The notes beneath the pieces were generated by a model. It had not been told where the DNA came from. It was given only the letters and a program-made list of their open reading frames with translations, and did no database searches. This document shows positions 8,786 to 19,656 of a stretch of 64,000 nt of DNA, one piece after another. The first letter of the stretch is position 1, and the number at the start of each line of letters is the position of its first letter. This DNA is from Bacteroidota bacterium (GTDB taxonomy: Bacteria; Bacteroidota; Bacteroidia; Bacteroidales; VadinHA17): assembly GCA_029547705.1 (NCBI GenBank), contig JAKPOU010000042.1, positions 25,271 to 89,270 on the forward strand, written 5' to 3'. The position numbers were made by a program, and so were the translations under genes.

Positions 8786-9502
8786 AATCCAAAACCCGTT
8801 TGATGTTTTTAATATTTCCATGATTTCCAAATTCCCATTTCCGCGATTCCCTGAGCATGTCCTGAAATCCGGGTAAACCCGGGAGGCGGTTTTTACATGC
8901 ATCCAGACAATGGATTTCCGCTAAATAATCTTTCTGTTTGTTGTTTTAATGCAGGCAGTTTCGCTGGCGCGGGTAATTACGAAATGTTTTTAACCTTCCA
9001 TCCAAGGATCAGTATATCAAAGAACCATTAGCAGTTTGTAAATGATGTTTCTAAATACAAATTTAAGAATCAGTACAAGCGTTTTCAACTATTTGTGATG
9101 AATGACAACCAGGCAGTGTCATAAAGTCATTTGGACGTGATGAAACGCAGTTTTAAATCGTGAAGAGACGGATAGTGAAAGGTTCGGCTGTCCGAAAAAT
9201 TTCATTTCTGTAATTTTGACCATGTTGTAGTATGTTTTGTAGTAAAACAAAATTACAACATTGGGGTCCAGATATATAGAGGTTAGGGGAGTGCCCCTTT
9301 TCTTATTATTTTAGTCGGACGGTAGTGTAAAATAATATACTTTTCCAGAGCCATATGCCATGATTCAGGACCAAACGGGATAGGATCTGCCACGCATCCG
9401 GAGGTACCAAACGCTGCTAAGCTTGTCTCAGGCCGGGTTTAAGAGTTGCCTGCTGACAATCATCAGACTGCGGCCGGCAATAATTGGGGATTTGACCATT
9501 TG

Positions 9503-10216
9503 TCAGGGTAATTTGCCAAAATATACCGCGAAGGGCACTTCAGCATCGGCATCATCCTCATCGTCAATCCCGGGCCGGAAAAGAACAACACAGTTCTCTT
9601 TCCTGTAGCCGGTAACAACTTCTGAGGCCATCAGGGGATCGGCTTCATAGCCAAGCTTCCTGAGTTCGTCAGCAATGACTCCGGCCGTTCTCCCTATAGC
9701 TGAAAAATCTCCTTCAAGCTTCACTATGGTTTCAACCATCTGTCCGTTCACTATCACCTCCTCAACACCTGAATCGCCCGGGATATTCCAGGGGAAATCC
9801 TCCAGAAGCGGCTGACTGAAACTGATATCGTCCATCAGTGCAAAAAGGGAAGACAGGTCGCATGGATCTTCCTCAGCCGGGATGCAGGCTGTAAACACCA
9901 TTTTATTATCACCCAGTACCAGGGTATCGTTTTTCAGTGCAAGGGGATATGTCAGGGTTTCTTCATCATCATAGGCCAGTGTCAGCCGGTTCTTCTCCAG
10001 TTTCCACGTTCCGGAACGGTACATACGCTGCCCGGTGTAGAAGAAGAATACCTGTCTTTCATCTTCAATATTGAACTCCAGCATTTCTGCCTCGCAGCCT
10101 TTGATGCATTCCCATATTCCTTCAAGGTCTTCATTGCCTGGCTGAGGTGTTTTCTTCCCGCAGGCAGGAGTCAGCAGTATCACTGCCAACATAATCGCAA
10201 TTTTTCTCATTGTCAT
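9503..10216 (-). CDS. Hypothetical lipoprotein (lipocalin-like N-terminal region)
   Basis: Lipobox LLTPAC. GTWKLEKNRLTL-type strands follow. The acidic C-terminal domain is of unknown function. Confidence 0.6.
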   Translation of the reverse strand: MTMRKIAIMLAVILLTPACGKKTPQPGNEDLEGIWECIKGCEAEMLEFNIEDERQVFFFYTGQRMYRSGTWKLEKNRLTLAYDDEETLTYPLALKNDTLVLGDNKMVFTACIPAEEDPCDLSSLFALMDDISFSQPLLEDFPWNIPGDSGVEEVIVNGQMVETIVKLEGDFSAIGRTAGVIADELRKLGYEADPLMASEVVTGYRKENCVVLFRPGIDDEDDADAEVPFAVYFGKLP

Positions 10217-10725
10217 GGTTTGTCAGTTTGATAATATTCCGGCAGCTCTGCAGTCTTCGCAATATCACCCGCACCACATGTCATTTCCGTCGCTGTTTCA
10301 TTATGAAGTTTTATCACCGGTTTCAGGCTGATAATTATTCTAACGAAACATACATCTGCCCTTGACCGGACACAACCTGCCAGCCTGCTCGTAATAAGCA
10401 ATATGCAGCAAATAATGAAAGCTGACACAAATGACATCAGCACTGCCGGAAGATAACTATTTACATGTGTGAAATTTACGAAAAAATTGCGACCTGTGGC
10501 AGATGTAATAACGGAAATTTTCAGAAACCGCCCTGTTTCGTATCCGTGTTGTCTGTGTTACACGGCTCTTTCGGATGGGCGTTACTGTCTGCTATTCATT
10601 TCTGTCATCCCGCTGTTTAAAGAGATTTTTCTGGCAGCGCCAGGATCTGATCCGCAGATTTTCGTAACTTGGACTGACTAATGATTAGCGGGCAAGGCCC
10701 GGCAAGAATTTTAACAATATACGAT

Positions 10726-11547
10726 ATGAAAGCCGTCTTCTTCTTACATATTGCAGTTATAATGCTGATATCCGCTTCCTGTTCAGGTTATTATGGTCAT
10801 GATATCGACCTGTCTGCCACCTATTCCGGTGCAGTCTGTTCACCCAATTCGTCAGAGATCTATTTCCTCTGCCAGACCCGTGCCTCACAAAAAGGCAAGA
10901 ACCTGTGGTTTATAATGCCGATTGAAGGAAAGACCAGATTTCTCCATAATAATGTGTCCCTCTATTCCTTTGATACTACCGGCATTCGCCTGACCCGTCT
11001 GTTCGATTACGGCAATCTGCCCAATTATCTTTCAAGCTGGAAGGCAGAGATTATACCCCTGAAGGATGGTGTATGTTTCAGCATAAGTCCAAAATTGGGA
11101 GGATGGGATGAGATGGTTTCAAAGGACAGCAATATGGTTTCTGTCAGACAACAATTTGAAGGAATATTTTTTATTGATCGGGACGGAGAGGTAAAGCGCC
11201 TCGACTCGCAGCCTCCGGCGGATGATGTAGTCAAGCCGGAAAAGGGAGTACGTTTTTATGTAGGAAATCTGCCATACTCTGAGTTTGGATTGATACTGCA
11301 GGAGTTCGATCCGGGAACTGAGAAGTATTATCTGAAAACACTGGAGCAGCTTGGTAATACTTCAACTTACCGCAGGGCGGTCATTGAACAGGTATTGGCC
11401 GTGAAGGACAAAAATACTATCAGCAAGGTGTATGACAATATGCTCAGAAACCTCAATGAGATGAAGGAGGGCAGCAAGAAGATGATGAAGGAAATGGACA
11501 TCAAAGACAACCTGGAACAGATACAGGCATTGCTCCAAAGCAAATAA
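10726..11547 (+). CDS. Hypothetical lipoprotein
   Basis: Start chosen at MKAVFFLHIAVIMLISASC (lipobox), which is M16 of ORF 10681..11547. I recognised no domain. Confidence 0.55.
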   Translation: MKAVFFLHIAVIMLISASCSGYYGHDIDLSATYSGAVCSPNSSEIYFLCQTRASQKGKNLWFIMPIEGKTRFLHNNVSLYSFDTTGIRLTRLFDYGNLPNYLSSWKAEIIPLKDGVCFSISPKLGGWDEMVSKDSNMVSVRQQFEGIFFIDRDGEVKRLDSQPPADDVVKPEKGVRFYVGNLPYSEFGLILQEFDPGTEKYYLKTLEQLGNTSTYRRAVIEQVLAVKDKNTISKVYDNMLRNLNEMKEGSKKMMKEMDIKDNLEQIQALLQSK

Positions 11548-11632
11548 ATTTCACCTTCTGCAAAATAACCCGGTTACGCTAATAAGCCTTGTGGTGAAAG
11601 GTGCCGGAGGAATAATCGTTACTGCTTACTGC

Positions 11633-12112
11633 CTATTGTTCACTGGACAGCCCGAAAGTGATACCCAGGAAATGTGTTTCAGCTTGAAAGTCATTGTACA
11701 CATGAGCAAAATGCAAAAGCATATCTCTTTTTTCCCAGTAAACGTCAAACACATTTTTCCACCCGGATGCCTCCAGTTTTTCAAAGACTTCTTTATAGAA
11801 CTTGTCAACGGCCTCCTTACTTTCTGAGCTTACTTCAGGAATCTCATACTGAATATAAGCGCCCTTGAAGTAGCCGCTTCCTTTTTCTATCTTTTCAAAT
11901 TCTGCCCCGGGGTATATGGGGAAGCCGATTTCTTTCAGTTTGGCCTCCAGCACTTCCCTGTCGAGGTAATTGGCTTTCGCTTCCGTCTGTACCTTCTTTT
12001 CATCCGTGCTGCCTGTCTTTTGCGTTGCACCTTCTTTTTGCGTTGTTCCGCCGCCGCATGATGCCAGGATAATGGCAGCGGCTGTCAGACAGGTAAAAAA
12101 TAATCTCTTCAT
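11633..12112 (-). CDS. Hypothetical lipoprotein
   Basis: MKRLFFTCLTAAAIILASC lipobox followed by a Gly/Thr/Lys linker. 159 aa. Confidence 0.6.
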   Translation of the reverse strand: MKRLFFTCLTAAAIILASCGGGTTQKEGATQKTGSTDEKKVQTEAKANYLDREVLEAKLKEIGFPIYPGAEFEKIEKGSGYFKGAYIQYEIPEVSSESKEAVDKFYKEVFEKLEASGWKNVFDVYWEKRDMLLHFAHVYNDFQAETHFLGITFGLSSEQ

Positions 12113-12451
12113 TTTTGATGTTTAGTTTGGTTCATATAAAATTGTTGCATGTTTTTCGCTGATTGAAGAACATCCGGTAATGGGCGAATACATTGCACAT
12201 TCACTGAAAATAAATTAAATGACTTATTCGTTTTCTCATAATTCAAAAATTAATAATACAACTCACCGGTTTCTGTATAATGAGGAGTTATCTACAAATT
12301 GTCGTGTGATATCTCCATTGTCGTAGTTTCATTTGCCTTTTTCCATTTCTTTTCCGGGCAGATACAGTATGTGATTGTTTGTACTGCCGGTTATTGTTTT
12401 ACCGGACTGAGGCAACAGCTGACACCAGTCCCGGGGAAGTAAAGGTCGGGG

Positions 12452-12910
12452 TCAGGAAGTCTGCCCGCTTACTCTTTTGAGAACTATTGATGGAACGAAT
12501 TCACCTACTGCTTCCGGAAGGGATGCCAGCCTAAGGGTCATTTCATCAACATCACTCGTGGTACTGAACTCCACATTGAACATGATCGGATCACCGGAAG
12601 TTTCCAGTCCTAATAATCTGATTATTGCATCGCTGTCCAGCGTGAGCATCCTGGTTTTATTATCTACCTCGAATTGTCCTTTGATTGAACCATTCTTGTG
12701 TCCCGGGATCATTTCGATGCTCAGTTCATATTCATTGTTATCCTGGAATGTTATATGGATTATACCTTTCTGGTTTTCAGAGAAGGTTAATTTATCAGTA
12801 GCCCAGTCACCCAGGATAAATTCGGAGAGTCCTGTTTCCTCTTTCTTGCAGCCATTCAGCAAAAGAACAGAAAGAGCCATTGAGATAAACAATATCTTTT
12901 TCATAATCAA
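12452..12910 (-). CDS. Hypothetical lipoprotein (lipocalin-like)
   Basis: MIMKKILFISMALSVLLLNGC lipobox. The antisense ORF 12477..12920 has no such signal. Confidence 0.6.
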   Translation of the reverse strand: MIMKKILFISMALSVLLLNGCKKEETGLSEFILGDWATDKLTFSENQKGIIHITFQDNNEYELSIEMIPGHKNGSIKGQFEVDNKTRMLTLDSDAIIRLLGLETSGDPIMFNVEFSTTSDVDEMTLRLASLPEAVGEFVPSIVLKRVSGQTS

Positions 12911-13559
12911 TGTGTTTTAAATTGATAAATAATAATTTTCAATATTAAATCCGGAATTATATATTTTGATTTTTCAAAAACCACTGAAAGTGTCTGATGA
13001 TTGTAATGCAATAATCTGATATTAACCATTTAAAAGATTTTACATTGATCCTTTTACGTTGAACGCTAATATTTGTTGCCTTGATTTTAAGACTGTTCCC
13101 TGACCAAAACGGCAAACGGATTTTGCAAGCATGCTTACCATTTTGAAAGATGATCCCTGTTTCCGGATTTATCTTAAATGCTTAATACTAAATTTAATTA
13201 AAACGTTTGACCTTAAGTATATTTAATCGTTTCCTAAAATATTAAAATGATCTTTTCCTCTGAATTATTATAAAGCAGAAAGCCTTTTCCATTGCAGATA
13301 ATGACATATGAAACCCTCTATTTTTAGTCGAATGAAGGATCATTACCTTATATCGGCCAATAGGGGGATTTGTTCTCGGAATTTTTATATCCTAAAGAAG
13401 AAACTATATCAAAAAATCTTTATATTTACCTCGATTGTGATAGTAACCGTTGAATACGTTCTGAGCTAAGCTTGCAATCTTAAACCCAAATTGTGAGGAC
13501 ATACTAATTAGTAAAGAGACTACTATTATTTATAATTAATAACTTAACTATCTTTTACT

Positions 13560-16532
13560 ATGAAAAAACTTTTTCTTGTACTTTTTTTAATTATAATCAG
13601 CTCTGGTTTCCTCGTGGCACAAAGAGAAATAACCGGAAAGGTAAATGATGAAGATCAGAATCCTTTGTCTGGTGTATCTGTAGTTGTTGCAGGAACTAAT
13701 GTCGGAACTCTTACTGATATCAATGGTCAATTCAGCCTTCAGATTCCACCTAACGCCACAACACTCGTTTTTACCTTTATTGGGATGAAACGAGTGGAGA
13801 TGGAAATTGGAAATCTGACGGTTTTCAATGTAACAATGTCCTTTGATGTGGGGTTACTTGATGAGGTAATAGTTATCGGCTATGGAACAATAAAGAAAAG
13901 TGATTTAACCGGTTCAATATCTTCAGTTAAAGGTGATAATATCAGATTGCAGGCTGTGGGTAATGTAGTTCAATCACTTAGCGGTGTGGCTGCAGGTGTA
14001 CAGGTGCTTCAAACATCAGGACAACCAGGTAGTGGGACCAATGTAGTTATAAGGGGAGGCAACTCACTTTTGGGTGATAACAATCCTCTTTATATTGTTG
14101 ACGGAACCCCAATGATTACCGATCTGAGTATGTTTAATACCAATGATATAGAATCAATTGAGGTTCTCAAAGACGCATCCGGTACTGCAATTTACGGCTC
14201 ACGAGGTGCTAATGGTGTGGTTCTGGTGACTACTAAGAAGGGTAAATCAGGAGGACTAAGTGTTGAATACAGTGGATATTACGGAGTACAGCAGGTGACA
14301 AAAAAGATTGAAATGCTTAATGCAAAAGAATTCGCATCGCTGGTAAATGAAAGATACCTAAATGATGGTTTAAGTCCTTATTTTTCATCATCGGAAATTG
14401 AATCATTCGGAGAAGGATTCAATTGGCAGGATGCTGTATTTAAAGTTGCACCTATTCAAAACCATTCCCTTAGATTGTCGGGTGGATCTGATAAGACCAC
14501 TTATAGTATATCTGGTAGCTATTTCGGACAGGATGGAATTATTATCAACTCAGGATACAATAACTTACAGTTCAGATCAAGGATTGATACTAAAATAACC
14601 AAAGACTGGTCGTTCGCGGTTAATACAGTTTTAAGCAGGCGAATGAATAATAATATTCATAGTAACAATACTGAAAGAGGTATGGGGGTATTGAGTGCTG
14701 CCGTGGGTTGTCCTCCAACCATTCCGGCATATGATGCCAATGGAGATTATAGTTTTATGATGGCTTATCCTTTCAGTCCAGAAGGCTTGGAAAATCCTAT
14801 TGCCATGGCCTATGAACGCATAATGAAAAATCATTCCAATGATTTAAGTCTGAACCTTTCTACTAGTGCAAATATTTTTAAGGATCTCACATTATATTCG
14901 TCGATAGGAATTCAATATGATAATGCGAGAGAAGACTATTATTCTGGAACCAAGCTTTTTGCATCAAGAACGGGAATGGCAAATATAGGTTATTCGGAAC
15001 TAATGAACATTTTGAATGAAAATACACTGACCTATAAGAAAGTGATAGGAACAAACCACGATCTGACCATTTTGGGTGGGGTTACCGCACAAAAGAATAC
15101 TGCACAGAATTTAAGAGCTGGTTCAACAGGTTTTTTAACAGATATACTTCAGAACTACAGCCTTCAGTCTGGAGAAAACTTCCAGACACCCACCTCAGAC
15201 TATAGTGATTGGACCCTATTGTCCTATATAAGCAGGATAAACTATTCCTTTAAAAGTAAATATCTTTTTACCGCCAGTATTAGAGCCGACGGTTCCTCAC
15301 GCTTTGGATCAAATAATAGATGGGGTTATTTTCCTTCATTCGCAGTAGGCTGGAACATTAATGAAGAAAATTTCCTGAAAGGCAATCCAACATTAAACAT
15401 TCTTAAATTGAGAATGAGCTGGGGACAGACTGGTAATACATCTATTACACCCTACCAATCACTTTCTGTTCTGTCAAGTATTCAGACCGTTTTTGATAAA
15501 AATCTTAATATTGGTTATGCGCCTGGCAATATTAAGCCTAATCCCGATCTTAAGTGGGAAACAACAGCTCAGTCCAATATTGGTTTGGATGTGGAATTAT
15601 TTAATAATAGACTCAGCCTTTCATCTGATTTTTATTATAAGAAAACAAGAGATTTGTTGGTTAATATTCCGGTATTTCCGTCAACTGGTTATGCTTCCCA
15701 AACAACTAATCTGGGGAATATCGAAAATAAAGGCCTCGAAATGGCATTGAACTGGAGAGTTTTTGATCAGAAGTTTTTATGGAACTTGGGATCAACTTTT
15801 ACTTTAAATCGCAATAAGGTGCTGAGCCTTCCTCAAGGTGGCGATATTTTTGGTACAGAAATTGGCTGGGTGCTTCCTGCCATGAACCTGGTTAGGGAAG
15901 GTTATCCGGTTGGCGTATTTTATGGATATATAGAGGATGGATTAACAGAAGATGGAAATATAAAATACCTTGATTTACACCCTGATGGAACGATCAATAC
16001 GCTGGACAGGACAATTATTGGCGATCCAAACCCAAAATTTATTTTTGGGATTAACTCTGATATGTCCTATAAAAATTTTGGACTGACAGTATTAATAAAT
16101 GGTGTTCAGGGGAATGATATTCTGAATTATAACCTGTCAAATATTGGAGACAGTTTCAGTTACGGAATTAATCAAACCAAAGACATCATAGGGAATTATT
16201 GGACTAGTCAGAATCCAAATCCTAATGCAAAATATCCTCGAATAAGCAAAAATACAAGATTTCTTGGCTCTGATAGATTTGTAGAGGATGGCTCCTACGT
16301 CCAGGTTAAGAATATAAAATTGTCCTACTCTTTGTCCGGAGATAAATTTAAGGCATCCAGGATTCATAACTCCCAGGTTTATATTAGCCTGCAAAATATA
16401 ATTACTTTAACAAAGTATACTTTTTATACACCAATACAGAATACCCTAGGAACTGGTATCAATAAAGGAATTGATAAATGGGGTTATCCTGACGCAAGGT
16501 TATTTATGTTAGGAGTCATGGTTAATTTATAA
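13560..16532 (+). CDS. susC: SusC/RagA-family TonB-dependent outer-membrane transporter
   Basis: 990 aa with a signal peptide. It has a carboxypeptidase-regulatory-like N-domain (ITGKVNDEDQNPLSGVSVVVAGTNVGTLTDINGQFSL), a TonB-box/plug region (DEVIVIGYGT.., NPLYIVDG) and a C-terminal barrel. Confidence 0.95.
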   Translation: MKKLFLVLFLIIISSGFLVAQREITGKVNDEDQNPLSGVSVVVAGTNVGTLTDINGQFSLQIPPNATTLVFTFIGMKRVEMEIGNLTVFNVTMSFDVGLLDEVIVIGYGTIKKSDLTGSISSVKGDNIRLQAVGNVVQSLSGVAAGVQVLQTSGQPGSGTNVVIRGGNSLLGDNNPLYIVDGTPMITDLSMFNTNDIESIEVLKDASGTAIYGSRGANGVVLVTTKKGKSGGLSVEYSGYYGVQQVTKKIEMLNAKEFASLVNERYLNDGLSPYFSSSEIESFGEGFNWQDAVFKVAPIQNHSLRLSGGSDKTTYSISGSYFGQDGIIINSGYNNLQFRSRIDTKITKDWSFAVNTVLSRRMNNNIHSNNTERGMGVLSAAVGCPPTIPAYDANGDYSFMMAYPFSPEGLENPIAMAYERIMKNHSNDLSLNLSTSANIFKDLTLYSSIGIQYDNAREDYYSGTKLFASRTGMANIGYSELMNILNENTLTYKKVIGTNHDLTILGGVTAQKNTAQNLRAGSTGFLTDILQNYSLQSGENFQTPTSDYSDWTLLSYISRINYSFKSKYLFTASIRADGSSRFGSNNRWGYFPSFAVGWNINEENFLKGNPTLNILKLRMSWGQTGNTSITPYQSLSVLSSIQTVFDKNLNIGYAPGNIKPNPDLKWETTAQSNIGLDVELFNNRLSLSSDFYYKKTRDLLVNIPVFPSTGYASQTTNLGNIENKGLEMALNWRVFDQKFLWNLGSTFTLNRNKVLSLPQGGDIFGTEIGWVLPAMNLVREGYPVGVFYGYIEDGLTEDGNIKYLDLHPDGTINTLDRTIIGDPNPKFIFGINSDMSYKNFGLTVLINGVQGNDILNYNLSNIGDSFSYGINQTKDIIGNYWTSQNPNPNAKYPRISKNTRFLGSDRFVEDGSYVQVKNIKLSYSLSGDKFKASRIHNSQVYISLQNIITLTKYTFYTPIQNTLGTGINKGIDKWGYPDARLFMLGVMVNL

Positions 16533-16553
16533 TCTATTATTAATATAATTAAT

Positions 16554-18011
16554 ATGAAAATCATGAATAAAAATATAATAATACTATTACTGGTTATCAT
16601 AGGATCATCGTGTACCGACTTTCTTGATGAGAAACCCAAAGATCGTCTGACAGAAATTAATTTTTATGAAACTTTTGCAGATGCTCAGGCAGCTGTAAAC
16701 GCAATCTACGGACCAATCAGGAATAATTACAGAGATACTTATTTTTTGATGCTTGATTTGCTGGCTGATTATCTTGAGGGACGTGGTTCCACATCCCCGG
16801 TAAGCGAGTATAAAGGTTTTGATGTGACTAACATAAATCGTGCGGCTGCTGCATGGAGATATCTTTACCAAACGATCAGGAATGCAAATATTGCCATAGA
16901 AAGAATTCCGAAAATTGAAGGTATGAAAGAATCGGATAAAAATGCATTAATAGCAGAGGCCTCTTTTTTGCGTGCATTCTCATATTACTTTCTTGTAAGG
17001 CTTTGGGGAGCAGTTCCGTTATATTTAGATCTTTCTCCGGTAGATCTAAGCAGAAGACCAGTTTCAGAAGTTTATCAGGCAATCATCAATGACTTAAAAA
17101 CAGGAGAAACATATTTACCTGACACACCATCTGAATTTGGACATCCCACTAAATGGTCTGCCAAATCATTGCTCGCTGAGGTATACCTTACAATTAATGA
17201 ATTTGATCTGTCGAAAGACAAGGCAGGAGAAGTTATAACCTCAGGTCATTTTAACCTTGTTGATGTAAATGTCGCAAATGACTTTAATAATGTTTACGGT
17301 CCTGAGGCAAATGGTACTCCCGAAGAAATATTTTATATAAAATTCAATCATACGGCCGGCTGGACAATGCCTCATAAATATTTGTGGGACAGGGATCAGT
17401 TTTCGCCTTTTGGGAGTTATGTTGTTTATTGTGTCCCTGGGCCATTTTTTACAAATTGGGATGATAATGATTTAAGAAAAAAATTTAACATATTCAGCCA
17501 ATATATAAACAGGTTCACCGGTGAAATAGAAACTTTACCTTCTTCAACACCTATTTTGGTTTCAAAATACAGAGATAATAATGCACCTTCGAATAGTAAC
17601 TATGGAAATGATGCCCCGGTATTGAGATTTGCAGATGTTCTTCTCATATATGCTGAAGCCGCACCATTAGCTGAAAACCAGATATCGGCTCAGGCACTTG
17701 AATGTCTGAACCGCGTCAAACGCAGAGCCTACGGCTATCCTAATAGAAGTGCTTCTGCAGTGGACTATTCTGCTGATGGATTATCAGTGGAAGAGTTCAG
17801 AGATATCGTTATTCAGGAAAGGGCATATGAATTATTTATGGAAGGAGGAGACCGTTGGTTTGATTTACGAAGGATCGGCAGGGAGAAAGAAATAATTTTG
17901 GCAAACACAGGAAAAACACTTGTTGATAAACATATTCTTTGGCCTATCCCACAAGCAGAAATTGATAATAACCCCGATATTAATCAGTCAGATCAAAATC
18001 CAGGTTATTAA
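16554..18011 (+). CDS. susD: SusD/RagB-family nutrient-binding lipoprotein
   Basis: Lipobox IIGSSC followed by TDFLDEKPKD. The motifs RAFSYYFLVRLWGAVPL and ERAYELFMEGGDRWFDLRR are present. It begins 21 nt after susC. Confidence 0.95.
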   Translation: MKIMNKNIIILLLVIIGSSCTDFLDEKPKDRLTEINFYETFADAQAAVNAIYGPIRNNYRDTYFLMLDLLADYLEGRGSTSPVSEYKGFDVTNINRAAAAWRYLYQTIRNANIAIERIPKIEGMKESDKNALIAEASFLRAFSYYFLVRLWGAVPLYLDLSPVDLSRRPVSEVYQAIINDLKTGETYLPDTPSEFGHPTKWSAKSLLAEVYLTINEFDLSKDKAGEVITSGHFNLVDVNVANDFNNVYGPEANGTPEEIFYIKFNHTAGWTMPHKYLWDRDQFSPFGSYVVYCVPGPFFTNWDDNDLRKKFNIFSQYINRFTGEIETLPSSTPILVSKYRDNNAPSNSNYGNDAPVLRFADVLLIYAEAAPLAENQISAQALECLNRVKRRAYGYPNRSASAVDYSADGLSVEEFRDIVIQERAYELFMEGGDRWFDLRRIGREKEIILANTGKTLVDKHILWPIPQAEIDNNPDINQSDQNPGY

Positions 18012-18152
18012 TTGTTTGGGTTTACATCTTATAAATAATGTTCTACTTGAATTGTAATAAATTAATATTTAGGAAAATTAAATCAGTTGAGGAATAAATT
18101 TTTCCTCATTGAGGGATAATTAATATAATACTTTAAACCAAAATTAATTAGT

Positions 18153-19361
18153 ATGAAAAAGAGTGTTTTTTTTGAATTGCTATTTTTAACTTCTTTAATA
18201 ATAACCGCGGGTTGTGGTAATCAAACTAGTTACAGAGGGAACAATGTCGATGGGGAAATAATTACTGGAGCCGATCAAACGGCTGAATATGTACCCTATC
18301 TAAAAGGTAAAAATGTTGCAATGGCAATAAATAATTCCTCTACGATTGGGAATGAATTAAGTCTTGACAGTTTATTATCACTTGGAATTAATATAAAAAA
18401 AGTTTTCACTCCCGAACATGGATTGAGGGGAGATAACGTTTATGACAGTATTGATTCACGGACTGGCCTGCCCACAGTTTCATTGTTCGGAGCTAAGAAT
18501 AAACCAACAAAAGAAGATCTGGAAGGAATTGATGTAGTAATTTTTGATAAACAAGATGTAGGTACACGCTTTTACACCTATCTGGCCACACTTCATTATG
18601 TGATGGAGGCATGTGCTGAGAATAACGTGGAAGTGATAGTGCTGGACAGGCCCAATCCAAATGATTCCTATGTTGATGGTCCGGTACTTGAAGAACAATT
18701 CAAATCTTTTGTGGGCTTAAATCCCGTTCCTATAGTCCATGGAATGACATTTGGTGAATATGCCCAAATGCTTAATGGGGAAGGATGGCTGGCAAACGGT
18801 GTTCAGTGTAAACTTAAAGTTATAACAATATTGAATTATGAGCATGGGAAACCCTATATCCTTCCAATTAAACCATCTCCCAATCTTAATACTCAACAAT
18901 CTATTTTGTTATATCCTTCTCTTTGCTGGTTTGAAGGCACGGTAATCAGTGAAGGAAGAGGCACCTGTATGCCTTTTCAGATTTTAGGACATCCGGCTTT
19001 AAAGGGTAAGTATACTTTCAGTTTTACCCCTGTATCAATTCCAACAATGAGTACTAATCCGAAACATCTTGGTGAGACCTGCTACGGTTTAGATTTAAGA
19101 AATTATGATACAGATAAATTCAGGAAAACAGGAAAGTTGAATCTTGATTGGTTATTGGAATTGTATAGTGCTTATCCAGATAAAGAGAATTTTTTCAGAC
19201 AGGGACGGGACGGAAGCTATTCATTTGATCGTTTAGTTGGAACTGACCAGTTGAGGTTGCAGATTATTAAAGGTTTGACTGAACGAGAAATTCGCAATAG
19301 CTGGGAACCAAAATTATCAGAGTTTAAGAAAATCAGAGAAAAGTATCTGATATATAAGTGA
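18153..19361 (+). CDS. DUF1343 / NamZ-type exo-beta-N-acetylmuramidase family lipoprotein (paralog 1)
   Basis: 402 aa with lipobox ITAGC. Contains ITGADQ..YLKGKNVAMAINNSS, FDKQDVGTRFYTYLATLHYVMEA, VLDRPNP and VPIVHGMTFGEYA. Confidence 0.8.
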   Translation: MKKSVFFELLFLTSLIITAGCGNQTSYRGNNVDGEIITGADQTAEYVPYLKGKNVAMAINNSSTIGNELSLDSLLSLGINIKKVFTPEHGLRGDNVYDSIDSRTGLPTVSLFGAKNKPTKEDLEGIDVVIFDKQDVGTRFYTYLATLHYVMEACAENNVEVIVLDRPNPNDSYVDGPVLEEQFKSFVGLNPVPIVHGMTFGEYAQMLNGEGWLANGVQCKLKVITILNYEHGKPYILPIKPSPNLNTQQSILLYPSLCWFEGTVISEGRGTCMPFQILGHPALKGKYTFSFTPVSIPTMSTNPKHLGETCYGLDLRNYDTDKFRKTGKLNLDWLLELYSAYPDKENFFRQGRDGSYSFDRLVGTDQLRLQIIKGLTEREIRNSWEPKLSEFKKIREKYLIYK

Positions 19362-19444
19362 TAATTATTCAGCTTGAACAATTATCAGGAATAAGGATCT
19401 TTAAGATGAATTTCCTAAGTTTATAATTATCTAAGTTTTTGAAG

Positions 19445-19490
19445 ACCAGGCTGAGGAACCCTATGCAAGAATATAAAATCTCAGCCTGGT
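19445..19490 (+). terminator. Perfect 11-bp stem hairpin between the two DUF1343 genes
   Basis: accaggctgag (19445-19455) pairs with ctcagcctggt (19480-19490) across a 24-nt loop. There is no clear U-tract, so its terminator function is uncertain. Confidence 0.35.
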
Positions 19491-19656
19491 TGAAAATAAT
19501 GCCGGGAGCATTATGACTGATGTTCATATTTTATTGTCGTTAGGCAAAACAGCTTATTCAATCGTACTACAGAATCCACTTAATAGGTACTAATTGAATT
19601 TTTATGCAAAACCTGAAGCTTTTTTATTAATAGTTTGATCATTATATTTTATTGGT

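Noticed and set aside
10213-10443. A 76-aa hydrophobic ORF whose stop overlaps (ATGA) the start of lipoprotein 9503-10216.
   Set aside because: It is Cys/Arg-rich with an odd composition and no motif. The lipoprotein probably starts at the internal MRKIAIM, so the overlap may be accidental. It is left unannotated rather than excluded outright.
13195-13460. LacI-type operator half-sites (aaaacgttt, taatcgtttcc, aaccgttgaatacg) upstream of susC.
   Set aside because: These are short AT-rich matches in a 650-bp AT-rich spacer. No LacI-family or other regulator gene is linked, so they cannot be told apart from chance.
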